DNA from: Polyangiaceae bacterium
Lineage (GTDB): Bacteria; Myxococcota_A; Polyangia; Polyangiales; Polyangiaceae
NCBI GenBank assembly: GCA_965222375.1
Contig: CBDCTZ010000005.1
Coordinates: 480,001-544,000, forward strand
Direction of reading: 5' to 3'
Length of the DNA: 64,000 nucleotides
The first letter of the stretch is position 1. Each line of letters starts with the position of its first letter. Positions 1 to 9,011 of the stretch are shown one piece after another. A program made the position numbers and the translations under genes. Below the pieces are notes generated by a model. That model made no database searches and was not told the origin of the DNA. It saw only the letters and a list, made by a program, of their open reading frames with translations.

Positions 1-271
1 AACGATCCGGGTCCGCCGCCACCTTGGCGCGCCTGCCAGGCGTCGCTCTCCGTTGCGCCGCCTTCGTGGCCTTGGGGGCGCTGGCAGCGGAGCCCGAGCG
101 CTTCTTTACCGTCGTCCTCTTTTTGGACGCCTTGGTAGCGGTCGCCTTCCTATTCGTCTTGCGTGCAGCGCTTTTCTTGGTCGTAGTAGTGGCTGCCTTT
201 TTCTTGGACGCCGCGGCACGTTTTCGCGGCGGGGCCTGCTTGGCTTTCGTCTTCGCTTTCTTCGATGCCAT
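1..271 (-). CDS. Protein with Lys/Ala/Thr-rich (histone H1-like) N-terminus; 3' part runs off the window
   Basis: Not in the ORF track. ATG at 271 with GGGAG upstream; open to the window edge: MASKKAKTKAKQAPPRKRAAASKKKAATTTTKKSAARK...ADPDR. Confidence 0.7.
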   Translation of the reverse strand, partial: MASKKAKTKAKQAPPRKRAAASKKKAATTTTKKSAARKTNRKATATKASKKRTTVKKRSGSAASAPKATKAAQRRATPGRRAKVAADPDR

Positions 272-377
272 CTGGCGTCTCCCTGCAGCGGCCAAGTCTT
301 GGCACGAAGGAATTGTCTGCCGCAAGGGGGCAAAGCCGGACACAGGTGTGCCGGGGGGCAACCAGCGGTGGCGATGG

Positions 378-1298
378 TCAGCGTACTTCGACGATGCGCA
401 GGCTGACCATCACGAGGGCATCTGCGCCAGGATACTTGCCCCAGACGCTGACGCCATATCGCCCCGGCTTCTGGGCATCGCTGAGCGGTGCGTCGATGCT
501 GAACCTGTTTCCGGTGATCTTCACGGGCATGGGAGTCTTGAAGCCCGCTGGAAAATACAAGATGAAGGGCTCCGGAACCGGATACACGTTGGTCTGGTTG
601 AGTTCCGCCGCGCTCTTCGGCTTGCGAGGTTCGATGCGGCTGAAGCCGACCCCGCCGAATTCCACCGGAGCCGAGATGGACCCGCTGACGCGGATCTTCT
701 GCCCAACTTTCGCGAGCCTGGGAACGGCGTCGTACTCTCCGTAGCTGTCGACGAACTCCTGCGCCATGCAAGGCTGATCCACCCCGACCGGCTTCCCGAG
801 GCCAATACCCAGGAAGTTGTGCACCGGCTTGAGGATGTTCTTGCGGTGGCCATCGTTGGGAGGCACTTCGCTGATGAACGCTGTCTCTATCTTCTCCAAT
901 TGAGATGCCGTGAACGTGGGGTTCGGGTCCAACCGCCGCGGCGTGCCGTCGAAGAAGCAGGCAGCGTTCTCTTGAACGAAGTGAGTGCCGCCCGCCTCCG
1001 TGTAGCGCTGCTCGGGAACGGAGCCGTCGCTGCCCCAGTGCGCCGTGAAACCGTTCTTGACCATGTCTTCCACGTGGCGCTGCGCGGCTCGCTCAGCAGT
1101 TTCGTCCAGCGCAACCGGAGGCAGCCCTTCCTTTTCCCGGTCTCGGTTGACGAGGTCGAGCACGAAACGACGAGCTGTCTGCAGATCCATCGGTCCCTCT
1201 GGCCGCTCCAGGGGCGGCAACTTCCCTCCACCGCTGTGGCCCTTCGCGTTGCACCCGAGGAGCAGGCCTGCGGTCAGCAATACGGCGATGCGCGACAT
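378..1298 (-). CDS. CAP/SCP-domain lipoprotein
   Basis: Lipobox LLLGC; CAP motifs LVNRDR..GLPP, AAQRHVEDM, FTAHWGSDGS..QRY, ENAA, GHRKNIL. Confidence 0.85.
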   Translation of the reverse strand: MSRIAVLLTAGLLLGCNAKGHSGGGKLPPLERPEGPMDLQTARRFVLDLVNRDREKEGLPPVALDETAERAAQRHVEDMVKNGFTAHWGSDGSVPEQRYTEAGGTHFVQENAACFFDGTPRRLDPNPTFTASQLEKIETAFISEVPPNDGHRKNILKPVHNFLGIGLGKPVGVDQPCMAQEFVDSYGEYDAVPRLAKVGQKIRVSGSISAPVEFGGVGFSRIEPRKPKSAAELNQTNVYPVPEPFILYFPAGFKTPMPVKITGNRFSIDAPLSDAQKPGRYGVSVWGKYPGADALVMVSLRIVEVR

Positions 1299-1428
1299 GG
1301 GTTTGCTTTTACGCTAGGGCCGTCAGCCCAGGCCAGCCGGCCCCGGCAAATTGTCTACAATGCCGGGGTTGTCCTCGGGAATTGATGGGTTAGATTGCGC
1401 CAACTCATCGACCCATTGGAGTTAAAGC

Positions 1429-1899
1429 ATGCTTGATTTGCCCGATCCCGGCCTGTATCGCACCACTCAACCCATGCCTGGCCATGAGGAAGCGTTTCCC
1501 GCAGGCGTGCTGGTGTACGTGGGGCAGCCGCAGAACGGCGGAGTGAAGTTCGTGGTGCGCCCAGGGCAGAATCGGAACAACCGCTGGTTCTGGGGCGAGC
1601 CGACCACCGCACTCCGCTCTCCGTCTTGGGCCAAAACGCTGCGCGCGCTACCGTCGGAGGGGTACTACACGCTGCCCGAGGCCGTGGAGTTCGAGGGTGG
1701 CGGCCGTTGGCTAAAGAACGCCATCGTTCAACTCGGCTACAACGAAGAAGGGCGGGGCATCATCTTCGTCGGCGAGCAGCGTGAGGCCGAGACGAGCAAT
1801 GCGCTATTTTTCAGTGATCGCGGCATGGTGGTGGACGATTCCATGCTCGAGCGTCTGATTTGGGCGCCAATTCTGCCCGTATCCAACGAAGAAAGCTGA
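1429..1899 (+). CDS. Hypothetical protein
   Basis: ATG with GGAG RBS, typical codon usage, globular composition; no family recognised. Confidence 0.75.
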   Translation: MLDLPDPGLYRTTQPMPGHEEAFPAGVLVYVGQPQNGGVKFVVRPGQNRNNRWFWGEPTTALRSPSWAKTLRALPSEGYYTLPEAVEFEGGGRWLKNAIVQLGYNEEGRGIIFVGEQREAETSNALFFSDRGMVVDDSMLERLIWAPILPVSNEES

Positions 1900-1994
1900 G
1901 TTTTCGCGCCAGAGCCCTGGGCTCCGCCAACAAAAATGCTATTCCCGCCCCGCCCGGGCGCAAGAAACCCTCGGACCGGGCCTCTGGGAGTAAC

Positions 1995-3299
1995 ATGAAG
2001 GCTTTCTACGTGTACTGGGCCGCCACCGGCCTTGGGCTAGGACTTTCGGTCACGGCAGCTTGTTCCAGCGCGAACAGCGGCAACGATTTTGGCAACGGCG
2101 GTAGCGCTGCCACGGGCGGAACTGGGGCCAGCGGCACTGGTGGCGCCGACTCGGGCATTGCCTTCGATAGCGGAACTCCCGATAGCGGCGGCCCCACCGA
2201 CGCCTCGGCCTGCAGCAAGTTGACGGCCAAGACGGAGCTGGAACTCAAGCCCGTCGACATCATCTTCGTCGTCGACAACTCCTGCTCGATGGACAAGGAG
2301 TCCCAGGCCATCGAGCAGAACATCAACACCAACTTCGCGCAGATCATCAGCGCCAGCGGCATCGACTATCGCGTCGTGATGATCAGCCAGCACAGCCCAT
2401 CGAACAAGACAATTGGGGCCTACTACGGCATCTGCGTGGGAGCGCCTCTTGGTGGGTCTGTGTGTCCGATCACAGAAGTGCAGGCGCCAACCAACAATCC
2501 GCCGCTCTATCACGCCTACGATAAGCTCTACGTCAACAGCCACGACACCCTGTGCCGGCTTCTGGAGTGGTACGACCAACCGGATCGCTACAACCTCGCG
2601 CCCGGCGGCTACAAAGACTACCTGCGCACGGAAGCCTTCAAGATCTTCGTATCCTTCACGGATGACGGCATCAACTGCAACTACAACGGCAAGAAGTACA
2701 ACGACAACAACAGCGTCAGTGGCGGTACCTCGGTCGGCCAGCAGTGGGACGCGGACATTCTGGCGCGAGACCCCGCTATGTTCGGAACCGTGGCGGACCG
2801 GAACTACGCGTTCTACAGCGTGATCGGCATCGGCTCCAATCCCGCCAATCCCAACAAGTCCTGGTCCCCCACGGATCCCATCAATACGACCGAGTGCTCC
2901 AGTGCGATAGATCCCGGTACCGGCTACCAGCAACTCAGCAACATGACCGGCGGGCTGAAGTTCCCGGTCTGCGAGGGCAGCGGCTTCGATGTCGTGTTCT
3001 CGGAGCTGGCCAAGGGTGTGATCAAGGGAGCGAAGATCGCCTGCGAGTTCGATGTGCCCGAGCCGCCCGAGGGCAAGGAAATCGACCTGAGCAGCGTCGG
3101 CGTCGGCTTCACCCCTGGAACCGGTGGCCCCCAACAAAAATTCAATCAGGTTGCAAATCAGGCAGCCTGCACGCCAACCTCCTTCTACATAGAGGCGGGG
3201 AAGATCCGGCTCTGCCAGGACGCCTGTTTGGTCGTCCAAAACGACACCGCGGGCCAGCTGGATGTCTTGATCGACTGCCTGAAAGACATTCCGAAGTAA
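1995..3299 (+). CDS. Cys-rich VWA-domain lipoprotein, paralog 1
   Basis: GGGAG RBS then ATG 1995; lipobox VTAAC; Gly/Thr linker; VDIIFVVDNSCSM (MIDAS DxSxS); FTDD; Cys-rich C-terminal module. Confidence 0.85.
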   Translation: MKAFYVYWAATGLGLGLSVTAACSSANSGNDFGNGGSAATGGTGASGTGGADSGIAFDSGTPDSGGPTDASACSKLTAKTELELKPVDIIFVVDNSCSMDKESQAIEQNINTNFAQIISASGIDYRVVMISQHSPSNKTIGAYYGICVGAPLGGSVCPITEVQAPTNNPPLYHAYDKLYVNSHDTLCRLLEWYDQPDRYNLAPGGYKDYLRTEAFKIFVSFTDDGINCNYNGKKYNDNNSVSGGTSVGQQWDADILARDPAMFGTVADRNYAFYSVIGIGSNPANPNKSWSPTDPINTTECSSAIDPGTGYQQLSNMTGGLKFPVCEGSGFDVVFSELAKGVIKGAKIACEFDVPEPPEGKEIDLSSVGVGFTPGTGGPQQKFNQVANQAACTPTSFYIEAGKIRLCQDACLVVQNDTAGQLDVLIDCLKDIPK

Positions 3300-3400
3300 G
3301 AAATCCGTCGCAACCCGCAAAAGCGGGCTGCACGTGTCCTACATTATGCTACCTTGTCCCCAAGGTTGGCCCTGGGCAGGCCCCGAATAAGGAAGAGTAC

Positions 3401-4729
3401 ATGATGAAGTTCTCCGGATATCTCGGATATGCAGTAGTCGGTCTTCTCTTCGGCGTAGGTGCGATCAGCGCCTGTTCGAGCGCTACGGATGGCAACCATG
3501 TCGGCGCGGGCGGCAGCTCTGCAGCAACCGGCGTCGGCGGCCAAGCAGCCTTCTCGGGCACCGGAGCGTCGGATTCGGGCATCAGCTTCGATGGGGGGAA
3601 CAATGACAGCGGCACCGCGACGGACGCCAGCGCCTGCGGCAAGTTGGCTGCGACGGCGGAGATCGAAGTGCGACCCGTCGACGTGATCTTCATCGTCGAT
3701 AACTCCTGCTCGATGAACAAGGAGGCCCAGGGCGTGGAGGACAACATCTCCACGAACTTCGCCCAGATCATCAGCGCCAGCGGCGTCGACTACCGCGTGA
3801 TCTTGATCAGCGAAAATGGCCCGACCTCCCAGGCCTCGATTTGCATCGGAGCTCCCCTGGGCGGAACCCTCTGCCCGCCTGGAACGAACACCCCCCCCAC
3901 CAACAATCCTCCGTTGTTCCATCACTACGACCCCGACGACATCGAAAGCACCGACGGCTGGTGCAGCGCCGCGCACTGGTACGACAAGCCCGACCGCTAT
4001 GGTCTCGCGACTCAGGGCTGGAAAGAGTGGCTCCGCCCCAACGCCCTCAAAGCCTTCGTGATGATGACCGACGACCGCGTCAACTGCGGCCTCAATCCCT
4101 ATTACAAGTTCGGTTGCAGCAGCAGCACGACCTGTTTCAAAGACAGCTCCAATCCCATGAGTGCCGCGCAACAATTCGATGCCGAATTGCTGAAGCTGGA
4201 CCCCGCCATGTTCGGGACCGTCGCCAAGCGCAACTACGTTTGGTACAGCATCGTCGGCGTGGCCCCGAACCCCGCAGATCCGACGGGCGCCTACAAACCC
4301 ACCGAGCCCATCACCAACAGCAAGTGCAGCAGCGCGGTGAATACCAGCCCGGGCAATCAGGCCCTCAGCCAATTGACCGGTGGCCTGCGCTTCCCGGTCT
4401 GCGAGGGGCAGAACTTCAGCGCCGTGTTCCAATCCATCGCCCAGGGCGTGATTGCCGGAGCCAAGATCGCCTGTGAGTTCAACTTGCCCGACCCGCCCAA
4501 GGGCAAGGAGTTCGACCTCAGCAGCGTCACCGTTGACTACACCGCTGGCGGCACCACAACGCCTCAAAACCTGAAGCAGGTGCCCAACCTCGCGGCCTGT
4601 ACTCCGGGCAGCTTCTACATTGACACCAATCGTGTCTTCCTGTGCCCCGACGCCTGTAACTCCGTGCAGCAGGACCCGGACGCAAAGCTCGATGTGCTCG
4701 TCGATTGCGTGAAGGACATCCCACGCTAA
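3401..4729 (+). CDS. Cys-rich VWA-domain lipoprotein, paralog 2
   Basis: AAGGAAG RBS then ATG 3401; lipobox AISAC; VDVIFIVDNSCSM; colinear with paralog 1. Confidence 0.85.
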   Translation: MMKFSGYLGYAVVGLLFGVGAISACSSATDGNHVGAGGSSAATGVGGQAAFSGTGASDSGISFDGGNNDSGTATDASACGKLAATAEIEVRPVDVIFIVDNSCSMNKEAQGVEDNISTNFAQIISASGVDYRVILISENGPTSQASICIGAPLGGTLCPPGTNTPPTNNPPLFHHYDPDDIESTDGWCSAAHWYDKPDRYGLATQGWKEWLRPNALKAFVMMTDDRVNCGLNPYYKFGCSSSTTCFKDSSNPMSAAQQFDAELLKLDPAMFGTVAKRNYVWYSIVGVAPNPADPTGAYKPTEPITNSKCSSAVNTSPGNQALSQLTGGLRFPVCEGQNFSAVFQSIAQGVIAGAKIACEFNLPDPPKGKEFDLSSVTVDYTAGGTTTPQNLKQVPNLAACTPGSFYIDTNRVFLCPDACNSVQQDPDAKLDVLVDCVKDIPR

Positions 4730-4778
4730 CAACAGAAGTCACAACAAGGCGGGCGCCCGGCGCCCAGTGGAGAATCCA

Positions 4779-6068
4779 ATGCGACTTGCTTTCTATCTGG
4801 GGTTTGCGTCTCTCGGCATTGTCCTAGGCACTAGTTCATTGAGCGCCTGTTCGAGCGCAAACGACGGCAATCAAGTCGGCAGTGGGGGCGGTACAGCGGC
4901 CACGGGTGCGGGAGGCGGCATCGGGGCAGGCACGGGCACGGGCGGCTCGGATGCGGGCATCAGTTTCGACAGCGGCAAGACCGACAGCGGCGCGACCGAC
5001 GCCAGTGCCTGCGGCAAGCTGCAGGCGACCGCCGAGATTGAAGTCAAGCCTGCCGACATCGTGTTCATCGTGGACAACTCCTGCTCGATGAACACCGAAG
5101 CCAAAGGCGTCCAGGACAATATCTCCACGAACTTTGCCCAGATCATCAGTGCCAGCGGCATCGACTACCGCGTGATCCTGATCTCGGACCACGGCCCGAA
5201 CAGCTCGGGATCCATCTGCGTGGGCGCACCCCTCGGCGGCACGCTCTGCCCCGTGTCTGACGGGACACCGCCCGTCAACAACCCTCCCCTGTTCTACCAG
5301 TTCGACAAGGGCAACGTCGAAAGCACCGATGGCTGGTGCAAGATGAAGAACTGGTACAACTCAGCGGACCAGCACGGCCTTGCGCCAACGGGTTGGAAAG
5401 ACTGGCTTCGCAAGGAGAGCCTGAAGGCGTTCGTGATGGTCACGGACGATCGGGTGTCGTGCAGCGGCTACTACGACTCGTCCAACCCCCTCGGTGCGGC
5501 TCAGCAATTCGATCAAGACCTGCTCGCGCTGGATCCGGCCATGTTCGGCACCGTCGCCAACCGAAACTACATCTGGTACAGCATCGTCGGTGTTGCGCAG
5601 AACCCCGCCAACCCCACCGGCGCCTATGCGCCCAACGAACCCATCACCAGCAGCAAATGTAGTGGCGCCATCAACGCCAGCCCCGGCAATCAGGCTCTCA
5701 GCCAGATCACCGGCGGGCTGCGCTTTCCGGTGTGTGAAGGCTTCAAGTACGACGAAGTCTTCAAAGCCATCGCCAAGGGCGTGATCGCTGGGGCGAAAGT
5801 CGCCTGTGAGTTCCAGCTCCCGGCTCCCCCCGAGGGCAAAGAGTTCGATCTCAATAGCGTCAGCGTGAACTACACGCCCGGCGGCTCGACCACGCCACAA
5901 AACCTGACCCAGGTGGCAAACGCCGCCGCCTGCGCACCTGGCAAGTTCTACATCGACGCGGCCCAAGACCGAGTGTTCTTGTGTCCTGCCGCGTGCAGCT
6001 CAGTGCAACAGGACCCCGACGCCAAGCTCGACGTCCTGGTCGACTGCGTGACGGACATTCCGAAATAG
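4779..6068 (+). CDS. Cys-rich VWA-domain lipoprotein, paralog 3
   Basis: GGAG RBS then ATG 4779; lipobox SLSAC; ADIVFIVDNSCSM. Confidence 0.85.
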   Translation: MRLAFYLGFASLGIVLGTSSLSACSSANDGNQVGSGGGTAATGAGGGIGAGTGTGGSDAGISFDSGKTDSGATDASACGKLQATAEIEVKPADIVFIVDNSCSMNTEAKGVQDNISTNFAQIISASGIDYRVILISDHGPNSSGSICVGAPLGGTLCPVSDGTPPVNNPPLFYQFDKGNVESTDGWCKMKNWYNSADQHGLAPTGWKDWLRKESLKAFVMVTDDRVSCSGYYDSSNPLGAAQQFDQDLLALDPAMFGTVANRNYIWYSIVGVAQNPANPTGAYAPNEPITSSKCSGAINASPGNQALSQITGGLRFPVCEGFKYDEVFKAIAKGVIAGAKVACEFQLPAPPEGKEFDLNSVSVNYTPGGSTTPQNLTQVANAAACAPGKFYIDAAQDRVFLCPAACSSVQQDPDAKLDVLVDCVTDIPK

Positions 6069-6159
6069 GCCCCGTGGACGGCGCTCCCGGGGCGGCTAGC
6101 GTTCCGCGTGCTATTCTTGCGTCCAGTGCTAGGGTGCGCGCCGAGAGGACGGGTCATTC

Positions 6160-7485
6160 ATGAAATTCAGCGGTTATCTGGGCTGCGCAAGCGTGGGGGT
6201 CTTGATCGCATCGAGCGCGATGGGCGCTTGCTCTAGTGCCAACGAGGGTAACGAAGTCGGCGCGGGCACGGGCGGAGGCGCGGCCACCAGCGGCTTCGGA
6301 GGAACCGGAGCCTCGGATTCGGGCATCGCCTTCGACAGTGGCAACAACGACAGTGGCGGCGCGACGGATGCTTCCGCCTGCGGAAAGCTCCAGGCCGAAG
6401 CGAAGATCGAGGTCAAGCCCGTCGACATCATCTTCATCATCGACAATTCCTGCTCCATGAACCAAGAGGCGGCAGGCGTCGAACAGAACATCTCGACAAA
6501 CTTCGCTCAAATCATCAGCGCTAGCGGCGTCGACTACCGCGTGATCATGATCTCCGACAACGGGCCCACTTCGCAAGCCTCGCTCTGCATTGGCCCGCCT
6601 TTGGGTGGATCCATCTGCCCGACTACCGATGGCACTCCGCCGGGCAACAACCCTCCCCTTTTCTATCACTACGACAAGGGCAACGTAGAGAGCTGGGACG
6701 GTTGGTGCAAAGCCATGGCTTGGTACAACCAGCCCGACCAGCACACTTTGACCACGATCGGCTGGAAGGAATGGCTGCGCCAAGAATCCTTCAAAGCCTT
6801 CGTCTCGATCACCGACGACCGCGTCGACTGCAACGCCGCCGGGAGCAGTCCCGGCTCGTCGTGCTCGACCCCCGGGCCGAAGTGTTACGACGACAAGTCC
6901 AGTGCCACTTCTGGCATGGCCACGGCGCAGCAGTTCGACGCCGATCTGCTCGCCCTGGACCCTCTGCAGTTCGGCACTGTCGCCGACCGCAAGTACGTTT
7001 GGTACAGCATCGTCGGCGTGGCGCAGAACCCAGCCAATGCCACCGGGGCCTACGCGCCAACTGAACCGGCGACGGGCAGCAAATGCTCCAGCGCCCAAAA
7101 CACCAGCTACGGGAATCAGGCCCTAAGCCAAATCACTGGCGGTCTGCGCTTCCCGGTGTGCGACGGTAAGTACGACGCGGTGTTCCAGGAAATCGCCAAG
7201 GGGGTCATCGCAGGTGCGAAGCTCGCGTGCGAGTTCGATTTGCCGACTCCACCCGAAGGCAAGGAATTCGATCTCAACAGCGTCAGCGTGAATTACACGC
7301 CCGGCGGCTCGACCACCCCGCAGAACCTGACTCAGGTGCCGAATGCAGCAGCCTGCGCGCCTGGCAAGTTCTACATCGACAACAACCGCGTCTTCGTTTG
7401 CCCGAGCGCCTGCAGCCAGGTGCAGCAAGATCCCGATGGCAAGTTGGATGTCCTGGTCGATTGCGTGACGGACATTCCGAAGTAA
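6160..7485 (+). CDS. Cys-rich VWA-domain lipoprotein, paralog 4
   Basis: GAGG RBS; lipobox AMGAC; VDIIFIIDNSCSM. Confidence 0.85.
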   Translation: MKFSGYLGCASVGVLIASSAMGACSSANEGNEVGAGTGGGAATSGFGGTGASDSGIAFDSGNNDSGGATDASACGKLQAEAKIEVKPVDIIFIIDNSCSMNQEAAGVEQNISTNFAQIISASGVDYRVIMISDNGPTSQASLCIGPPLGGSICPTTDGTPPGNNPPLFYHYDKGNVESWDGWCKAMAWYNQPDQHTLTTIGWKEWLRQESFKAFVSITDDRVDCNAAGSSPGSSCSTPGPKCYDDKSSATSGMATAQQFDADLLALDPLQFGTVADRKYVWYSIVGVAQNPANATGAYAPTEPATGSKCSSAQNTSYGNQALSQITGGLRFPVCDGKYDAVFQEIAKGVIAGAKLACEFDLPTPPEGKEFDLNSVSVNYTPGGSTTPQNLTQVPNAAACAPGKFYIDNNRVFVCPSACSQVQQDPDGKLDVLVDCVTDIPK

Positions 7486-7647
7486 GCGAAGCATCACAGC
7501 GAGCGTCGGCACTCCGGCCAACTAGGGGTGCCCCAAGACTGCGGGCGGCTCATTGGCCACGGCTCAGGTTTTGGGGTCGCGGCACTCCTGCGTCGGAAGG
7601 GCACTACTCTCGCGCTGGTGCAGCAAGGGGCGCCGGACATCCGACAG

Positions 7648-7690
7648 AAGAAAAGCCCTCCCGGGCCACGAAGGGTCCCGGCGAGGGCTT
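7648..7690 (-). terminator. Intrinsic terminator downstream of sodB
   Basis: Minus strand AAGCCCTCGCCGGGACC-loop-GGCCCGGGAGGGCTT followed by TTCTT, about 27 nt after the sodB stop. Confidence 0.7.
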
Positions 7691-7716
7691 GACTGCCTAT
7701 TTCCGCGAAGCGGCTA

Positions 7717-8304
7717 CTAGGCCGACTTGAGGTTCTTCGCGACGAAGTCCCAATTGATCAGCTTGTCGCAATACACTTCGAGGAAGGCATTGCGGTTGTT
7801 GCGGTGGTCCAGATAGTAGGCGTGTTCCCAGACGTCCGTCGTCAAGAGGGGCGTGGCCTGAGTGGTCAGCGGCGTCTCGGCGTTGGGGGTATCGAGGATC
7901 TTGCCTTTGCCACCGTCCAGCACCAGCCAGACGTAGCCGCTACCGAACCGGCCGGCGCCCACTTTGATCCACTCGGCGCGGAACTTGTCGAAGCCACCGA
8001 AGTCGCGCTGAATCAGATCCGCAACATCACCCGCACCGGGGGCCCCGCCGCCCCCAGACTTCATGCCCTCCCAAAAGAAGGTGTGATTGTAGACCTGAGC
8101 CGCGTTGTTGAACACACCGCCAGAGCTGCTTCGGATCACATCCTCAAGACTCTTTTCAGCTTCGGGTTTTCCCTCCAAAGCTGCCTTGAGTTTGGTCATG
8201 TAACCTTTGTGGTGCTTCTCGTAGTGAAACTCCAGAGTCTCCTGCTTCATGACGGGTTCTAGGGCGTCCTTCGAATACGGAAGCGGGGGTACGACAAAAT
8301 CCAT
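7717..8304 (-). CDS. sodB: Superoxide dismutase [Fe]
   Basis: LPY..DALEP, HYEKHHKGY, FNNAAQVYNH (Fe-type AAQ), FGSG, NA motif, DVWEHAYY. Confidence 0.93.
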   Translation of the reverse strand: MDFVVPPLPYSKDALEPVMKQETLEFHYEKHHKGYMTKLKAALEGKPEAEKSLEDVIRSSSGGVFNNAAQVYNHTFFWEGMKSGGGGAPGAGDVADLIQRDFGGFDKFRAEWIKVGAGRFGSGYVWLVLDGGKGKILDTPNAETPLTTQATPLLTTDVWEHAYYLDHRNNRNAFLEVYCDKLINWDFVAKNLKSA

Positions 8305-8540
8305 GTGAGCTACTCCTTATTGGTCTTTCTTGCCCCGAGGCCACAGGCATCACGGCAGCTACTTCGGCCGCAGCTGACGCCAGGGCTCCCCCTCGGGACG
8401 AGGGAGTATAGGGACGGCCCCCAGGATCAGCAACCGGCTCTCTGACGCGATCGTCCTGATAAAGCGACGTCGAAACAGCCAAGTTCGGCGCATCAGGCTT
8501 GCCGCCGGATCCATGGGCGTCTTAGGCTGCGCGCCCGAGG

Positions 8541-9011
8541 ATGGCCGAGACGGACCTATCGACGCCGACCGCTCTGGCACCCCTGCGCGACGAGGATGGC
8601 AGCGCCATCGTGTCACCGCGAGTCGTGCGGCGCATGTGCGTCATCGCGGAAGCTGCATTCACGACGCGGGTGGGCCCGCCGCCGCAGGCGCGCATGGACT
8701 GGCTCGCCCTCGAGATGGAGGACTACCTGGCGCGCTCCGGTTCGCGAACGCGCTTCATCCTCGGACTGGCAGTCTTGGCCGTTTGGCTCTTGGCCCCCTT
8801 GGGGGTGAAACGACTGACCTCGCTGGAGAGGATGAGTTTGGGCGACCGAATCCAAGCCCTGACTCAACTCGAAGCCGGGCGCTTCGGTGGTGCCGTACTC
8901 GCGGTGAAAGCGCTTTTGTGCGTCGTCTACTACGAGCATCCAAACGCCGCCGAAGAGATCGGATTCGATGGGCTGTGCCTGACCGAAGCGCGAGAGCGAG
9001 GGCTGCCGTGA
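8541..9011 (+). CDS. Small partner of the GMC oxidoreductase (gluconate dehydrogenase subunit-3-like)
   Basis: GAGG RBS; C-terminal YYEHP....IGFDG; GTGA overlap with the GMC gene. Confidence 0.65.
   Translation: MAETDLSTPTALAPLRDEDGSAIVSPRVVRRMCVIAEAAFTTRVGPPPQARMDWLALEMEDYLARSGSRTRFILGLAVLAVWLLAPLGVKRLTSLERMSLGDRIQALTQLEAGRFGGAVLAVKALLCVVYYEHPNAAEEIGFDGLCLTEARERGLP

Noticed and set aside
24..1385. Long ORFs antisense to real genes (also 2037..3320, 3344..4732, 29890..30783, 48604..49752, 58473..59762)
   Set aside because: Shadow frames caused by high-GC codon bias; the opposite strand carries clear family motifs.
1995..7485. Diversity-generating retroelement or invertase-driven shuffling of the VWA array
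   Set aside because: No reverse transcriptase, no template/variable repeat pair with adenine-specific changes, and no adjacent recombinase or inverted sites.
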